Positions 1 through 11,676 of a stretch of DNA of 64,000 nt are shown here, piece by piece. Source of the DNA: Phycisphaerae bacterium (GTDB lineage: Bacteria > Planctomycetota > Phycisphaerae > UBA1845 > Fen-1342); assembly GCA_963675745.2 (NCBI GenBank), contig CAXXWX010000019.1:64001-128000 (forward strand), in the 5' to 3' direction. Position 1 is the first letter of the stretch, and each line of letters opens with the position of its first letter. A program made the position numbers and the translations under genes. The notes under the pieces are model-generated. The model worked only from the letters and a program-made list of their open reading frames with translations. It made no database searches and was not told the DNA's origin.

Positions 1-1717
<1,717 letters not shown>

Positions 1718-1804
1718 TGAAATCTCTCCCAGGGAGCCTGTGGCACATTGAAGCACGCCGCCGCGCCAGTGGCAAGCGCCACGCGTTCGGCTGTGGACAA
1801 CCCT

Positions 1805-1849
1805 TCGCTTCTTAGCGCCTCGCTTCGCAGCGGCTCGCTTCGTAGCGGC
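1805..1849. repeat. 3 x 15-bp imperfect intergenic tandem repeat
   Basis: tcgcttcttagcgcc / tcgcttcgcagcggc / tcgcttcgtagcggc. Confidence 0.7.
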
Positions 1850-1898
1850 CGACCCCCGAGTCGGCTGTTGTCGCGATGAGCAACTTCGCGGCAGCGCA

Positions 1899-3230
1899 TC
1901 AGCCCGGCCATTCGATCAGCGTCAGGTGAAATGCCCACAGGCCCTGCATCACCAGCATCGCGCCCAACAGCATATGGCGCGTCAGCGGACGCCACTCGCG
2001 CGCCATCCATATGCCGAGCACCACCAAAGTCGGGACGGCCGTGGCCATGTAGCGCGCGATGGGCACAATCCCAAAAGCCGCGCCCCCGGAGGCCAGATAC
2101 GCCTGCGCAAAAGTCAGCGGACCCACAAGCAACAGCGGGCGAAACCGCGCCGGCACGCGCCACATGCCCGCGATGCTGACGAACAACATGAAGAAAGTCA
2201 GCGGCATGTTCCATGTGCGCGGATTGACCAGCTCCACCAACCCAAGCGGAAAACTGATGACCACCTGCGCCAGATGCTTGAACTGATACCACACGCGCGC
2301 CATCAGCAAATACTCAATCCAATCGCCGCGATCCTTGTCCGGCACCCAGCCATTGCGGAAGTTCTCGGCATACACAAAAGCCGAGCCGTACTCGTGGTGC
2401 AGGAACGCCGCATACAGCGCGATGCCCGCGCCGGCCACGAGGCCAAGCGGGATCAGCATGGCAAGTCTGCGCCGGATGGGCGTGGAATCGTCGAGCCCGT
2501 AGGCCAACAGGAAGACCGGCACCATCACCACGGCCGTGGGGCGCGTCGCCGTTGCGAACCCACACGCCAGCGCCGCGGCCCAGAACCACCGGCGGTCGAC
2601 ACACATGCACACGATGACAAATGTCAGCAACGTCATGCACTCGGCGTAGCCCAGCGCGAGATAGCATGACGACGGCAGGCACATCGTGCAGGCCGCCACG
2701 ACCAGGGCCGCGTGATGATCCACCTTGCCCCGGATCCAGACATAGAGCAGGATCACCGCGACCAGCGTGGCGAGATGCGCGACGAGGACCATGGCGACGT
2801 TTGTACCCAGCAGCGTGGCAAACGGTCGGCAGATGAGCGGATAAAGCGGAAAGAAAGCTATGTTCTGCTCCAGGCGCTCGCCCGGCTCCGGAGTCACGTA
2901 TTTGTAACCACCGGTGACAATGCTCTTGTAATGCTGGCCGTCGAAACGCAGCAGTGGATTGAGGTCCAGCATGTACGTGGCCAGCCAGCGTGATTGCTCG
3001 GACGACGGGTCGTCGAGCTGGGCCTGCATGTCACGCGCGTAGTATTCAAACGGGTGGTACATGGCGAACGTCATGCGGAAGCTGATGAAAGTCCCCGCGT
3101 ACGCGCCCGTCCAGATCACCAGCCGCGTCAGCAGGTAGACCGCCGCGACCCACGCCAGCCCGCGACGCAGACTCACCGCTGATGGTGCGGCGGTTGGAGA
3201 GTCAGAGAAGAGCAGTTTTGAGTGTGCCAT
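1899..3230 (-). CDS. GT-C fold mannosyltransferase (PIG-V / Mannosyl_trans2-like)
   Basis: Polytopic membrane protein with RFDGQHY..I...GY, NIAFFPLYP, YAE and ATATRPT motifs. Confidence 0.8.
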   Translation of the reverse strand: MAHSKLLFSDSPTAAPSAVSLRRGLAWVAAVYLLTRLVIWTGAYAGTFISFRMTFAMYHPFEYYARDMQAQLDDPSSEQSRWLATYMLDLNPLLRFDGQHYKSIVTGGYKYVTPEPGERLEQNIAFFPLYPLICRPFATLLGTNVAMVLVAHLATLVAVILLYVWIRGKVDHHAALVVAACTMCLPSSCYLALGYAECMTLLTFVIVCMCVDRRWFWAAALACGFATATRPTAVVMVPVFLLAYGLDDSTPIRRRLAMLIPLGLVAGAGIALYAAFLHHEYGSAFVYAENFRNGWVPDKDRGDWIEYLLMARVWYQFKHLAQVVISFPLGLVELVNPRTWNMPLTFFMLFVSIAGMWRVPARFRPLLLVGPLTFAQAYLASGGAAFGIVPIARYMATAVPTLVVLGIWMAREWRPLTRHMLLGAMLVMQGLWAFHLTLIEWPG

Positions 3231-3259
3231 CAGTTATGCTACGTTTTGCATGCCACCGC

Positions 3260-4021
3260 TTAACCGTCGGGCATTCCCGCGAGCAGCACGAAGCGCCCGG
3301 TATCGGCGCCCTCCACGCGGTGTGAGTAAAACAAATCTGTTCGCTCCATCGTACACAGCCCGCTCACTTCGATGTTCTCGCTGCGCACGCCGGCACGTTC
3401 GAACTGCCTTTGGTTCGCCTGCCAAAGGTCGAAGTATATGCGGCCCGCGCGCGTGGCGAAAAGGTCATCATGGTCCGGCAGCGCGTTGGCGGCCGCCGCG
3501 CGAACATCCTCTTTGACCTCGTAACTGCGCGGTCCGGCGGAAGGGCCGATGCCGACCAGCAGATTGCCCGGCCGGCAGTCAAAGCGCGCCGCCATCAGCC
3601 CGACGACTTTCGCGCCGATACCGGCCACCGTACAGCGCCAACTCGCGTGTAACATCCCCACGACGCGTCGAACAGGGTCATAAGCGAGCACCAGCGGGCA
3701 GTCGGCCGAAAAGGACATAAGCGCCACGCCGCGCGCGGCCGTGATCAGCCCATCCACGCGTTGAACCGGTCCGGCGGGCCGCGTCGCATCCACGACGGCG
3801 ATCTCGGTGTCGTGTACCTGGCAAGAATAGCGAAGTTGCTCTGCATCAAGACCGAGATCGCAGGCCATGGTCGCGCGGGCGGACGCCGCGGCAGAACCAT
3901 GCTCGGAATCGCGCAGCCGGAAGTCCTGCGGCTTGGTTGAGTAGGCGTGTACCAGACCTGGCTGAGCATCCAGGTGTTCAAACCGGGCATATCGCCGACC
4001 GTTGCGCTCGAATAGCCGCAT
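3260..4021 (-). CDS. pgeF: YfiH/PgeF family protein (laccase domain; purine nucleoside phosphorylase / peptidoglycan editing)
   Basis: QVH, DGLIT, SADCPLVL, HASWR, IGPS, YEV, FYSHR motifs; likely start ATG 4021 overlapping the upstream stop. Confidence 0.85.
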   Translation of the reverse strand: MRLFERNGRRYARFEHLDAQPGLVHAYSTKPQDFRLRDSEHGSAAASARATMACDLGLDAEQLRYSCQVHDTEIAVVDATRPAGPVQRVDGLITAARGVALMSFSADCPLVLAYDPVRRVVGMLHASWRCTVAGIGAKVVGLMAARFDCRPGNLLVGIGPSAGPRSYEVKEDVRAAAANALPDHDDLFATRAGRIYFDLWQANQRQFERAGVRSENIEVSGLCTMERTDLFYSHRVEGADTGRFVLLAGMPDG

Positions 4022-4992
4022 CAGTGGTCGCCCGGTTTGAGAAGCACCTTCGCCATGCCCGGTCGGGCGGCGGCCTCGAACGCCGCCGGCCCATCGGAAA
4101 GTGCGAATGCCGCACTGATCAACGGCTCGACATCCACAAAACCGCGCTCCAGCATCTGTAAGGCATCGCGAAACGGCCCGCAGCGGTTTCCCAGGAGACG
4201 AATCTCGTTGATCACGAGCGGCGCGAGGTCGATCGGCTCCGGCTGTGCATATGTGCTCTTGAGCACGATCGTGCCGCGCGGGCGAACCAGGCGAAGCGCT
4301 AGCGCGAGGCCGTCCGGCGCGCCCGAGCACTCCACGACCACGTCCTGATCCGCCGCCGGCTTTACGTTCTCCAGCGTGAGCGTGTCCAACTCGAACTTCT
4401 TGGCCAGGGCCAGTGATTTCGGGTTTCTGCCAACAAGCGTCAGACGGCAGTGGTAGCGCGCCAGCACCTGGCCGACGAGCAGCCCGAGCCGCCCCGATCC
4501 GATCACGGTCACACGCATGCGCGGATCGATCGGACAATGCCGCGGGATTTGCAACGCCGCGGCGAGCGGTTCGACAAAGACGGCCTGCTCGTCGCTGACA
4601 CCTGCCGGAACGATATGGCAGTTTCTTGCCGGCACGACCACATGCGTGGCAAACGCGCCGTCTCGACCACTGATGCCGACGACGGTGCGCATGCGGCAGT
4701 GTGTCTCCAGGCCGCGCCGGCACATGTCGCAGTCATGGCAGACGCAGTTGATCTCGGCCACGACGCGCTTGCCCAGTAGCTCCTCAGGCCCCTCGATAAC
4801 GGTCCCCGAAAACTCGTGCCCCGGCACGCCCGTGAAGTCCAGGTAGCCGCGCACGATTTCGAGATCCGTCGCACAGATGCCGGCCAGGTGAACTCGAATC
4901 AGCACATCGTCAGCGCCGCGCTGCGGGAGCGGGTGGTCGCGGACAAAGGTGACTTGCCCCGGCTGGTCCTGGTTGACGATAAGGGCTTCCAT
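4021..4992 (-). CDS. Zinc-binding medium-chain alcohol dehydrogenase
   Basis: GICATD, GHEFSG, CxxCxxCx7C structural Zn site, GSGRLG NAD-binding motif. Confidence 0.9.
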   Translation of the reverse strand: MEALIVNQDQPGQVTFVRDHPLPQRGADDVLIRVHLAGICATDLEIVRGYLDFTGVPGHEFSGTVIEGPEELLGKRVVAEINCVCHDCDMCRRGLETHCRMRTVVGISGRDGAFATHVVVPARNCHIVPAGVSDEQAVFVEPLAAALQIPRHCPIDPRMRVTVIGSGRLGLLVGQVLARYHCRLTLVGRNPKSLALAKKFELDTLTLENVKPAADQDVVVECSGAPDGLALALRLVRPRGTIVLKSTYAQPEPIDLAPLVINEIRLLGNRCGPFRDALQMLERGFVDVEPLISAAFALSDGPAAFEAAARPGMAKVLLKPGDH

Positions 4993-5054
4993 GAGAACCG
5001 GTACTCCAACCGTCTCTGATGCGGTGTGGATGTGTGTCGACGATCGGTGGCGGC

Positions 5055-5870
5055 CTATTGGCCGCGGAAGAAACGCTGGAGATCGACCCAGGTGCGCTTG
5101 GCGCGACTTGTGCGGCGCTCGCGCGACTCCGGCGTCTGGCCGGCGCGGGCGAATAGATCAGCGCTGTTGGCCGCCTGCCACGCCTGCCAGGCCTGTTGAT
5201 CGCAATCATGATCATAGCCCGTCAGCCGGACCAGTGATTCCTCGCACATCTGGACCACCGCAAACTCTAGGTCGCCCAATCCGTCGATCAGGGCAGTAAC
5301 CACGACCGGGTCGCCGTCAAACCCGCCCAATGCCCGTGCCGCCTCGATGCGCACCGGCCGGCTCGGATCGGAGCGCAACAGCCTGATGCACAACTGGCGC
5401 ACCGGCGGAAAGAATTCAACCGGCAGCCGCGCCGGGCAGCGGTCGGCCAGCGCACTCAGCGCCTCCCGGCGCGCGAACTCGTCCGGCGGCCGAATCTCAT
5501 CCGGCGGGCGCTTCTCGTATTCGAGAATGTTCACAAACGTCGAGACCACATTGTCACGCTCGCTCCGGGCCAGCGCCCGGATGGCGATGCAGCGAAGCTG
5601 CGAGTCCGCCTCGAGTCCGGCGATAGCCTTGAACCCCTCGATCGCCCAGTCGCGGTCGCGGTTGCGGCTCCGGGCGACATGGGTGATCGCCTCGCGGCGG
5701 GTGCCGGTATCCTGCTCCGACATCGCGACCAGCATGTATTCCTCGGTGCTGCCCAACCGGCCGAGGCCGCCGCGCGCGCACCCGAACAGCGGCGTGAGGC
5801 ACGCGCAAGCCAGCAGCAAGCCGGCCACATTGTGCCTGGCGGTGCCGTGGTAGGACACGCTCGGTCTCAT
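5055..5870 (-). CDS. HEAT-repeat lipoprotein
   Basis: Lipobox LFGC; repeated helical motifs (RREAITHV, RCIAIRAL, RREALSAL, RIEAARALG). Confidence 0.7.
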   Translation of the reverse strand: MRPSVSYHGTARHNVAGLLLACACLTPLFGCARGGLGRLGSTEEYMLVAMSEQDTGTRREAITHVARSRNRDRDWAIEGFKAIAGLEADSQLRCIAIRALARSERDNVVSTFVNILEYEKRPPDEIRPPDEFARREALSALADRCPARLPVEFFPPVRQLCIRLLRSDPSRPVRIEAARALGGFDGDPVVVTALIDGLGDLEFAVVQMCEESLVRLTGYDHDCDQQAWQAWQAANSADLFARAGQTPESRERRTSRAKRTWVDLQRFFRGQ

Positions 5871-5871
5871 A

Positions 5872-6711
5872 TCAGCGGGTTTCTCCCGGTGCCACCGGCG
5901 ACGCGATATAGCGTTCGGGTTCGACATACTCAACGTGCTCGATCGCGCGATCGAGAAAGCGTGAGCCGACCTGCTTGAATCGCTCAGGGTTGTCGCTCAC
6001 GTAACACCGCATCGTACCCAGCCCCGTGGCGTGGCTCAAGCAGCCGTCCTCTTCGAGGACGCTGCGCACGGCGCGGGCAGTTTCCCGCCCGCTTTCGACG
6101 ATCGCCACCTGCGGGCCGAGCGCATCGGCAATGGCCGCGCGCAGCAGCGGATAATGCGTGCATCCCAAGACCACGACGCGCACGCCTCGGGGGCGCAGCC
6201 GGGAGAGATAATCTTCACACGCCAGCTTCACCAGTGGATCGTCGCACGCGCGGCCTTCCTCGACCAGCGGCACGAACAACGGACAGGCCAGCGGTACCAC
6301 TTCGGCATCGGGTGCCAGCGCGTGAATGGCGCGCGGGTAGGCGCCGCTGTTGGTGGTGGCCTCGGTGCCGATAACCGCAATCGCTCCCCCGCCGGCCAAC
6401 TCGACCGCGGCTCGCGCTCCGGGCTCGACGACTCCGATTATCGGAACCGGTAGCTCGGCCACCAGGTGGTCCATGGCCAGTGCGCTGGCCGTATTGCACG
6501 CCGCGACGATCAGTTTGGGGGCAAACCCCAACAGAAAGCCCGCCGTCTCGTGGGCGAAATGGGCCACCGTCTGTCGTGACTTCATGCCGTACGGCACGCG
6601 GGCCGTATCGCCGAAGTACACAACATCTTCATGCGGCAACAGACGTTGGATGTGCTGGACGACCGAAAGCCCCCCCAGCCCTGAGTCGAAGACACCGATC
6701 GGGTTGTTCAC
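5872..6711 (-). CDS. murI: Glutamate racemase
   Basis: IGVFDSGLGGL, GDTARVPYG, ACNTAS, LGCTHYP; GTG 6711 has GGAGG upstream (ORF extends to 6750). Confidence 0.95.
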   Translation of the reverse strand: MNNPIGVFDSGLGGLSVVQHIQRLLPHEDVVYFGDTARVPYGMKSRQTVAHFAHETAGFLLGFAPKLIVAACNTASALAMDHLVAELPVPIIGVVEPGARAAVELAGGGAIAVIGTEATTNSGAYPRAIHALAPDAEVVPLACPLFVPLVEEGRACDDPLVKLACEDYLSRLRPRGVRVVVLGCTHYPLLRAAIADALGPQVAIVESGRETARAVRSVLEEDGCLSHATGLGTMRCYVSDNPERFKQVGSRFLDRAIEHVEYVEPERYIASPVAPGETR

Positions 6712-6786
6712 GCGGTCCTCCCTGACCAGTCGGCGTGTAGTGCTTGTCACGAGCGCAGCGTCACCGAGCCCGCCGGCGGGTTCGAG

Positions 6787-8278
6787 CTACCGCGGCTCGA
6801 CGAGCCGACGTACGAATTTCGCGATCACCACGGCGGCGACCGCTCCGACCAGCATTATACCGCCTGCCACCGCCAGCATTTGTGGATTCTGCTGCCAGGC
6901 CAATCGAACGCTGTCGGCATAAAAGTCATAGACGTCCAGCGCCGGCTTGTTGAGCCACAACGCGGCCACGAACCCCAGCGCTAGCCAGGGCCCGAATGGA
7001 ATCATCATGCTGCGCTTGAGCAGCAGGCCGAGCAGCCAGCCCGCCAGCGCCAACGCCACTGACAACGCCAGCCCCAGCAACGCAATGTCCCAGCCACCGA
7101 GCGCGCCGGCGGCGCCAAGAATGTATATGTCGCCCACGCCGAAGGCTTCGCGCCCGAACACGAGCGTAAAGCCGATGCGCAACACCCATCCCCGCCGATG
7201 CACCGACGACCGCGCCCAGAGCGGCGTACGCCACGCCTCCAATCGGAGCGATCCCACCCCCGGGTGACCAGGTGGCCAGATGACTCCACGTATTGCCTAT
7301 AACCGGGACCCAGGCGGCGAGAAGTCCGGCGGCCACGCCCGCGATGATGATCGGCGCCAGCCAGCCGGCTTCCGACAGGGCCAGTGCCCGCGCCTGCGCT
7401 TCCTCTTCATCGATGGCGGCCTCAAGCTCGTCATCAGCTTCGCGTTTCTGCCCGCCGATCAACACCGTCATGACGAAGATGACACCCAGAACAACGGGTA
7501 CCGGCAGCAAGACGAGCAACGGCGTGCTGTGTGGATCGAGCAGCGGCTTGACCAGCAGCCACGCGGACAGACCCGCGAGCGTCGCCGCCGCCAGCGATCC
7601 GAGCGCGACGTGCGGCGCCTGGGTGACATGCGGTCGCTCAGTGTCCGGCGTCTCGGGTTCGGCGTCGTCCTCCTGGCTATCAGGCCGCCACGCCGTCAAC
7701 CAGAGCATCACAGCGCTAACAACCAGGGCCGCGACCGCGGCAAGCCCCAACGGCTGGGCAGGCGTGGATGGCGGCAGCATCTGGTGCGGCCATACAGCAT
7801 GGATCAGCAGACCCGCCCAGACCGCCGCATTCGTCACACGCGTATCGATCATGTATGAAACCAGGTCAGTCGCCGAGCAGGCGATCATCGTCGCGATCAG
7901 CGCCAGCCACGCCAGCAACAGCGGACTGTCGGCCGGCCAGCTCAGCACTCCCAGCCCGGCTCGGCTGTCGGCACCGAACAGCAGGTGAAATACCAGGCAG
8001 TAAAGCAGCCCCGTGAGCGCTTCCACCAGCGGGTATTGCAGCGATATCGCCGACCCGCAAGCACGGCAACGCCCACGCAGCAGCACCCAACTGAAAACCG
8101 GGAGGTTGTCATACCACGAGATCGTCGCCGAACATGCCGGACAAAACGAACGCGCGGGTTTGTGTATCGACAGACCCCGCGGCATGCGGTAGATGACGAC
8201 GTTCAGAAAGCTGCCCACGCACAGGCCGAGCAGCCAGACGAAAACGCCTATGATGAGCATCGCGCCAGGTGTCATCAC
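6787..8278 (-). pseudogene. pilD: Prepilin peptidase (A24), split by an apparent single-base frameshift at 7190-7193
   Basis: N-terminal GSFLNVVIYR, CxxC...CxxC, YPLVE in ORF 6926..8278; C-terminal FGVGD and IPFGPWL in ORF 6787..7257; removing one base from the G4 run joins the frames. May be a sequencing error. Confidence 0.75.
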
Positions 8279-8838
8279 TCCGGTTCCGCGGGTGGCGCGG
8301 TCTCGCCGACCGCCGTCAGCACCGCTTCGACAACCGCCTCCACCGACTTGCCATGCGTGTCGACCGTATGACTTGAGATGCTCTTATACAACGGAACCCG
8401 GGAATTGAGAATGCTGGCAACCTCAGCCAGGCCCCCCAGATCGGACAATGCTGGACGTTGTGTAACGCTGCGCGGGTCGGACTGTATGCGTTCATACAGC
8501 ACCTCGGCAGGCGCCGTCAGCCAGATGCAGCGGCCGGCCGCCTGAAGGCGCCGGCGATTATCCGCCGACAGCACTGCCCCACCGCCAACGCTCACAACCT
8601 GCCGTGCCCCGGCCGTCAGGCGCGCGATGACCCGCGTCTCGCGCTCACGAAAGGCCGGCTCGCCGTCGCCGGCGAATATGTCACAGATGCTGCGCCCCGC
8701 CTCGCGCTCGACCTCGTCATCCGTGTCCACAAAACGCCAACCCAGACGATCCGCCAGCAATTGGCCGACACTGGTCTTACCGCACGCGCGATACCCGATC
8801 AGGATGATGTTGCTGGCTGGATCGGCCCGGCAGGTCAC
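8275..8838 (-). CDS. aroK: Shikimate kinase
   Basis: IILIGYRACGKTSVG Walker A, DTD, GEPAFRERE, GGG, RP motifs; GTG start overlaps the upstream TGA. Confidence 0.92.
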   Translation of the reverse strand: MTCRADPASNIILIGYRACGKTSVGQLLADRLGWRFVDTDDEVEREAGRSICDIFAGDGEPAFRERETRVIARLTAGARQVVSVGGGAVLSADNRRRLQAAGRCIWLTAPAEVLYERIQSDPRSVTQRPALSDLGGLAEVASILNSRVPLYKSISSHTVDTHGKSVEAVVEAVLTAVGETAPPAEPE

Positions 8839-9689
8839 CTGTACACCGTGTGGCGCAAGGTGGCGGCCGGATTCTCGAGTTCGAACAGAACCGCGTGCAG
8901 CCGCTCGTGCCCCTGGCCGGGGTTCACGCACAACGACCGACCGACCAGATCGCGGTAACTCCCGGTCACCTCGACCGACTCGTGTACATGGCCGTGCAGC
9001 GCCAGCAAAGGCTGCCGTTGCTCGATAAATCGCCGAATCGCGCGAGAGCCGATGGGGGCCTCGACCTGCGGCAGACGGTCCAGCTTGCTGTCGTACGGCG
9101 GCGCGTGGCACACGAAGATCCACGGCGGCGGGATCTGCGGTGCGGAAGCCAACTCCTCCTCAATGGACGCGTGCCCGCCAAAGTGGGTCTCACCGCTCAC
9201 CTGTCGAACCACAGCCGCGTCATCGCATACCAGACCATCACCGTCGGGGGGTATCGGATCGCCCGGGAGGTCCAGACGCTCGAAGTCCTTTACATAATGC
9301 GGCGTCCACGGCGTGTGGTGATAGCCGGTTATGCTCGTGCCACCTACGCGCCACGCCGTCTCGAGCGACAGGGTCACGACGTGGCCGGCGGCAGCGTGCT
9401 GCTCAACGAGGCGCGCCGTTGCCGTCCAATCGTGATTGCCCAGCAAGACCGCAACTTCGAGGTTACGCAGTTCCTGGCGCCACCGTGTCACGCGCGGAAT
9501 GAACGTCTCATTGATATAGGCGGCCTGAGACCTGACCGGATCATCGACCTGCCCGTCGGCAAACAGATCTCCGCCCAGTATCAGTATCTCGGGACGCTCC
9601 CTGGTCAGCAGCTCGGTTAGTTGCTCGTAAAGGGGGGCACTGCCGTGAAGATCAGTCGTGAAACAAACCAGCATGAAAAGCCCAGACAT
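8835..9689 (-). CDS. Metallophosphoesterase (Icc-related)
   Basis: DLHG, GGD, GNHD, HAPP, HGHVHE, NPG motifs. Confidence 0.88.
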   Translation of the reverse strand: MSGLFMLVCFTTDLHGSAPLYEQLTELLTRERPEILILGGDLFADGQVDDPVRSQAAYINETFIPRVTRWRQELRNLEVAVLLGNHDWTATARLVEQHAAAGHVVTLSLETAWRVGGTSITGYHHTPWTPHYVKDFERLDLPGDPIPPDGDGLVCDDAAVVRQVSGETHFGGHASIEEELASAPQIPPPWIFVCHAPPYDSKLDRLPQVEAPIGSRAIRRFIEQRQPLLALHGHVHESVEVTGSYRDLVGRSLCVNPGQGHERLHAVLFELENPAATLRHTVYR

Positions 9690-9718
9690 TGCGTACGTGT
9701 TGGTGAAAAGCCGCGCTC

Positions 9719-10033
9719 TTAGTACGCGGCATTCTCTAGCCGTCGATCGAAGTTGTCTACGGCTTGTTGGGCCTGATTCACCACGTCGTCGAGCGTTTCC
9801 AGCGCGGTTCGCCCACCGGTGGCCGGGGCGAATGGGTTGAATGCCGGGTCGTCACGTGTCGAACAGCCGGCAGCCACGCACAGTCCGGCGGCGCAGAGTA
9901 CCGGCCCGACGACGCACCACAGGAGGGATCGTCGGGCCAGTATTAGATTCCCCGGTGGTTCGGGCGCAGCGGAGTTGGCAGAAGGTTTGAGCATGGGCGC
10001 TCCGTGCGTCACGCTGGCCGGGTTGTCTTGCAT
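9719..10033 (-). CDS. Small hypothetical lipoprotein
   Basis: Hydrophobic stretch ending in AAGC; fills the gap upstream of the operon; start uncertain. Confidence 0.5.
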   Translation of the reverse strand: MQDNPASVTHGAPMLKPSANSAAPEPPGNLILARRSLLWCVVGPVLCAAGLCVAAGCSTRDDPAFNPFAPATGGRTALETLDDVVNQAQQAVDNFDRRLENAAY

Positions 10034-10236
10034 CGGGGACCGAGGTCACCTGGAATGCGCTTGGGTCCAGCTCGGCCCCGACTATATCCTCACTATCGAC
10101 CGAATATCATCCGTGGTGAAGGCAAAACCCGGCGCCCAAGCTGTTTATGGGACAAGCACTTACGTCCGCTATTGCGGATTCGGGCGCGGGTCGTATCATC
10201 CTCCGCACGGTGTTCGCGCGCCCGCTGGGAGAATCC

Positions 10237-10611
10237 ATGGCGATGTTCGAAGCGATCGTAACGGGGAGTTTCTCCGCCACGCACCAGCTACGCCTGGCTG
10301 ACGGCACGCTCGAACCGCTGCACACGCATGATTGGAATGTGCGGGTGACATTCGCGGGCGACGAGCTTGAAACCACCGGCTGGCTGGTGGACTTTACGAC
10401 GATCCGCGCTCGCCTGGCGGCGCTACTGACCACGCTGCGTGATCGCAACCTCGGCGAGTTGCCCGCCTTCGCACGGTGTAATCCCTCGGCCGAGCTGGTC
10501 GCCCGGCACATTGCCGAACAGCTTTCGACCGATCAGTCGCCACGGGCGTCTCTTACGTGCGTCGAGGTTGAGGAGGAACCGGGTTGTTTTGCCCGCTTTA
10601 TTCCGAGTTAG
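10237..10611 (+). CDS. queD: 6-carboxytetrahydropterin synthase / PTPS family
   Basis: FSATHQL, LHTHDW, LVDF, NPSAE, VEE motifs. Confidence 0.85.
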   Translation: MAMFEAIVTGSFSATHQLRLADGTLEPLHTHDWNVRVTFAGDELETTGWLVDFTTIRARLAALLTTLRDRNLGELPAFARCNPSAELVARHIAEQLSTDQSPRASLTCVEVEEEPGCFARFIPS

Positions 10612-10662
10612 CACCCGGCCCAGAAGCATTCGTGGTTTGACGCGAGCGCCATCGCCTCTAAC

Positions 10663-11427
10663 ATGCACGCCATGAACCGCTGCCTGGCTGCCATTCCGAT
10701 CGCACTGCTGGTCATCGCCAGCGGTTGCACGACGGCGGAGCGTCCGGCGCTGGGCCCCTTGCCCGACCCGATCCTGAGCACGCGTCCGCCGCGCGCGCTG
10801 CCCTCGCCGAGACAGGTTCCCCTGACGCCGCTCCCGAAACCCGTGCCGATTCGGCGCGCCCCCCAGATCGGGCCCAAGGCGATCGTCGTGGATCCGGGAC
10901 ACGGGGGCAAGGATCCCGGCGCGCCGGGTGTGGGCGCAATCCCGGAGAAGACCGTTAACCTCAAGATCGCGAATCAGGTCGCCGGTGAACTGAGGGCGCG
11001 CGGGGCGCATGTGACGCTCACGCGCAGCGACGACCGCTTTATCACGCTGAATGCGCGCGCACAGCAAGCCGAGCGGCACAACGCCGATTTGTTCGTCTCG
11101 ATCCACGCTGACGCGGCGCGGCGGGCCAGTGCCAGCGGCACAACGGTGTACATCGCGCGCAACGCCTCGCGCCAGAGCATCAGCGCCGCCGAGGCCATCA
11201 CCGCCGCCTTTGAGCGCGCCGGGATCAAATGCCGCGGTGTTCAGCGCGCCGGCTATCGCGTGCTCGTCGGCCACTCGCGGCCGGCGGTCCTGATCGAGTG
11301 CGGATTCCTCTCAAACCCGACCGAGGCCCGGCTGCTGGCCCAGGCACCGTATCAATCCAAGATCGCGGCGGCGATCGTCGATGGTATCAATGACCACTTC
11401 CGCGGCGCCAATATCGTCGGACGCTAG
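10663..11427 (+). CDS. N-acetylmuramoyl-L-alanine amidase (Amidase_3), lipoprotein
   Basis: Lipobox ASGC, Pro-rich linker, VDPGHGGKDPGA, EK, FVSIHAD, LIECGFLSN. Confidence 0.92.
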   Translation: MHAMNRCLAAIPIALLVIASGCTTAERPALGPLPDPILSTRPPRALPSPRQVPLTPLPKPVPIRRAPQIGPKAIVVDPGHGGKDPGAPGVGAIPEKTVNLKIANQVAGELRARGAHVTLTRSDDRFITLNARAQQAERHNADLFVSIHADAARRASASGTTVYIARNASRQSISAAEAITAAFERAGIKCRGVQRAGYRVLVGHSRPAVLIECGFLSNPTEARLLAQAPYQSKIAAAIVDGINDHFRGANIVGR

Positions 11428-11462
11428 CGCGGTTTCAGAAGAGACCGGTCACGTGGCTGTGT

Positions 11463-11483
11463 GCCACGGCTCTGTGAGCCGTG
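11463..11483. repeat. REP-like hairpin, family B, copy 1
   Basis: gcCACGGCTC-tgt-GAGCCGTG; near-identical copy at 18042..18062. Confidence 0.6.
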
Positions 11484-11676
11484 AGGTTGGCATCGAGACT
11501 GCACTGCTCAAGAGCGGTGGCACGCTGGATCGTTTCCGAAAACGCCTTGGTTCTCTCTCGGGTTCCACCGCCTCGCTCACATAGCACTGTAGCGGCCTGC
11601 GCCTCGCAGGCCGTCGATGTCAAACGGTGTTCGCGCTATACGGCGGCTGGCGGGGCGCGGGCCGTTACGCGCTGTG

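Noticed and set aside
4022..4723. N-terminal extension of the 487-aa ORF 3260..4723, suggesting a fusion
   Set aside because: It overlaps the dehydrogenase in another frame; PgeF homology begins at ATG 4021.
5872..6711. Functional link between murI (D-Glu) and the DgcN-like DUF1611 gene
   Set aside because: They are over 33 kb apart in unrelated operons; murI is explained by peptidoglycan synthesis.
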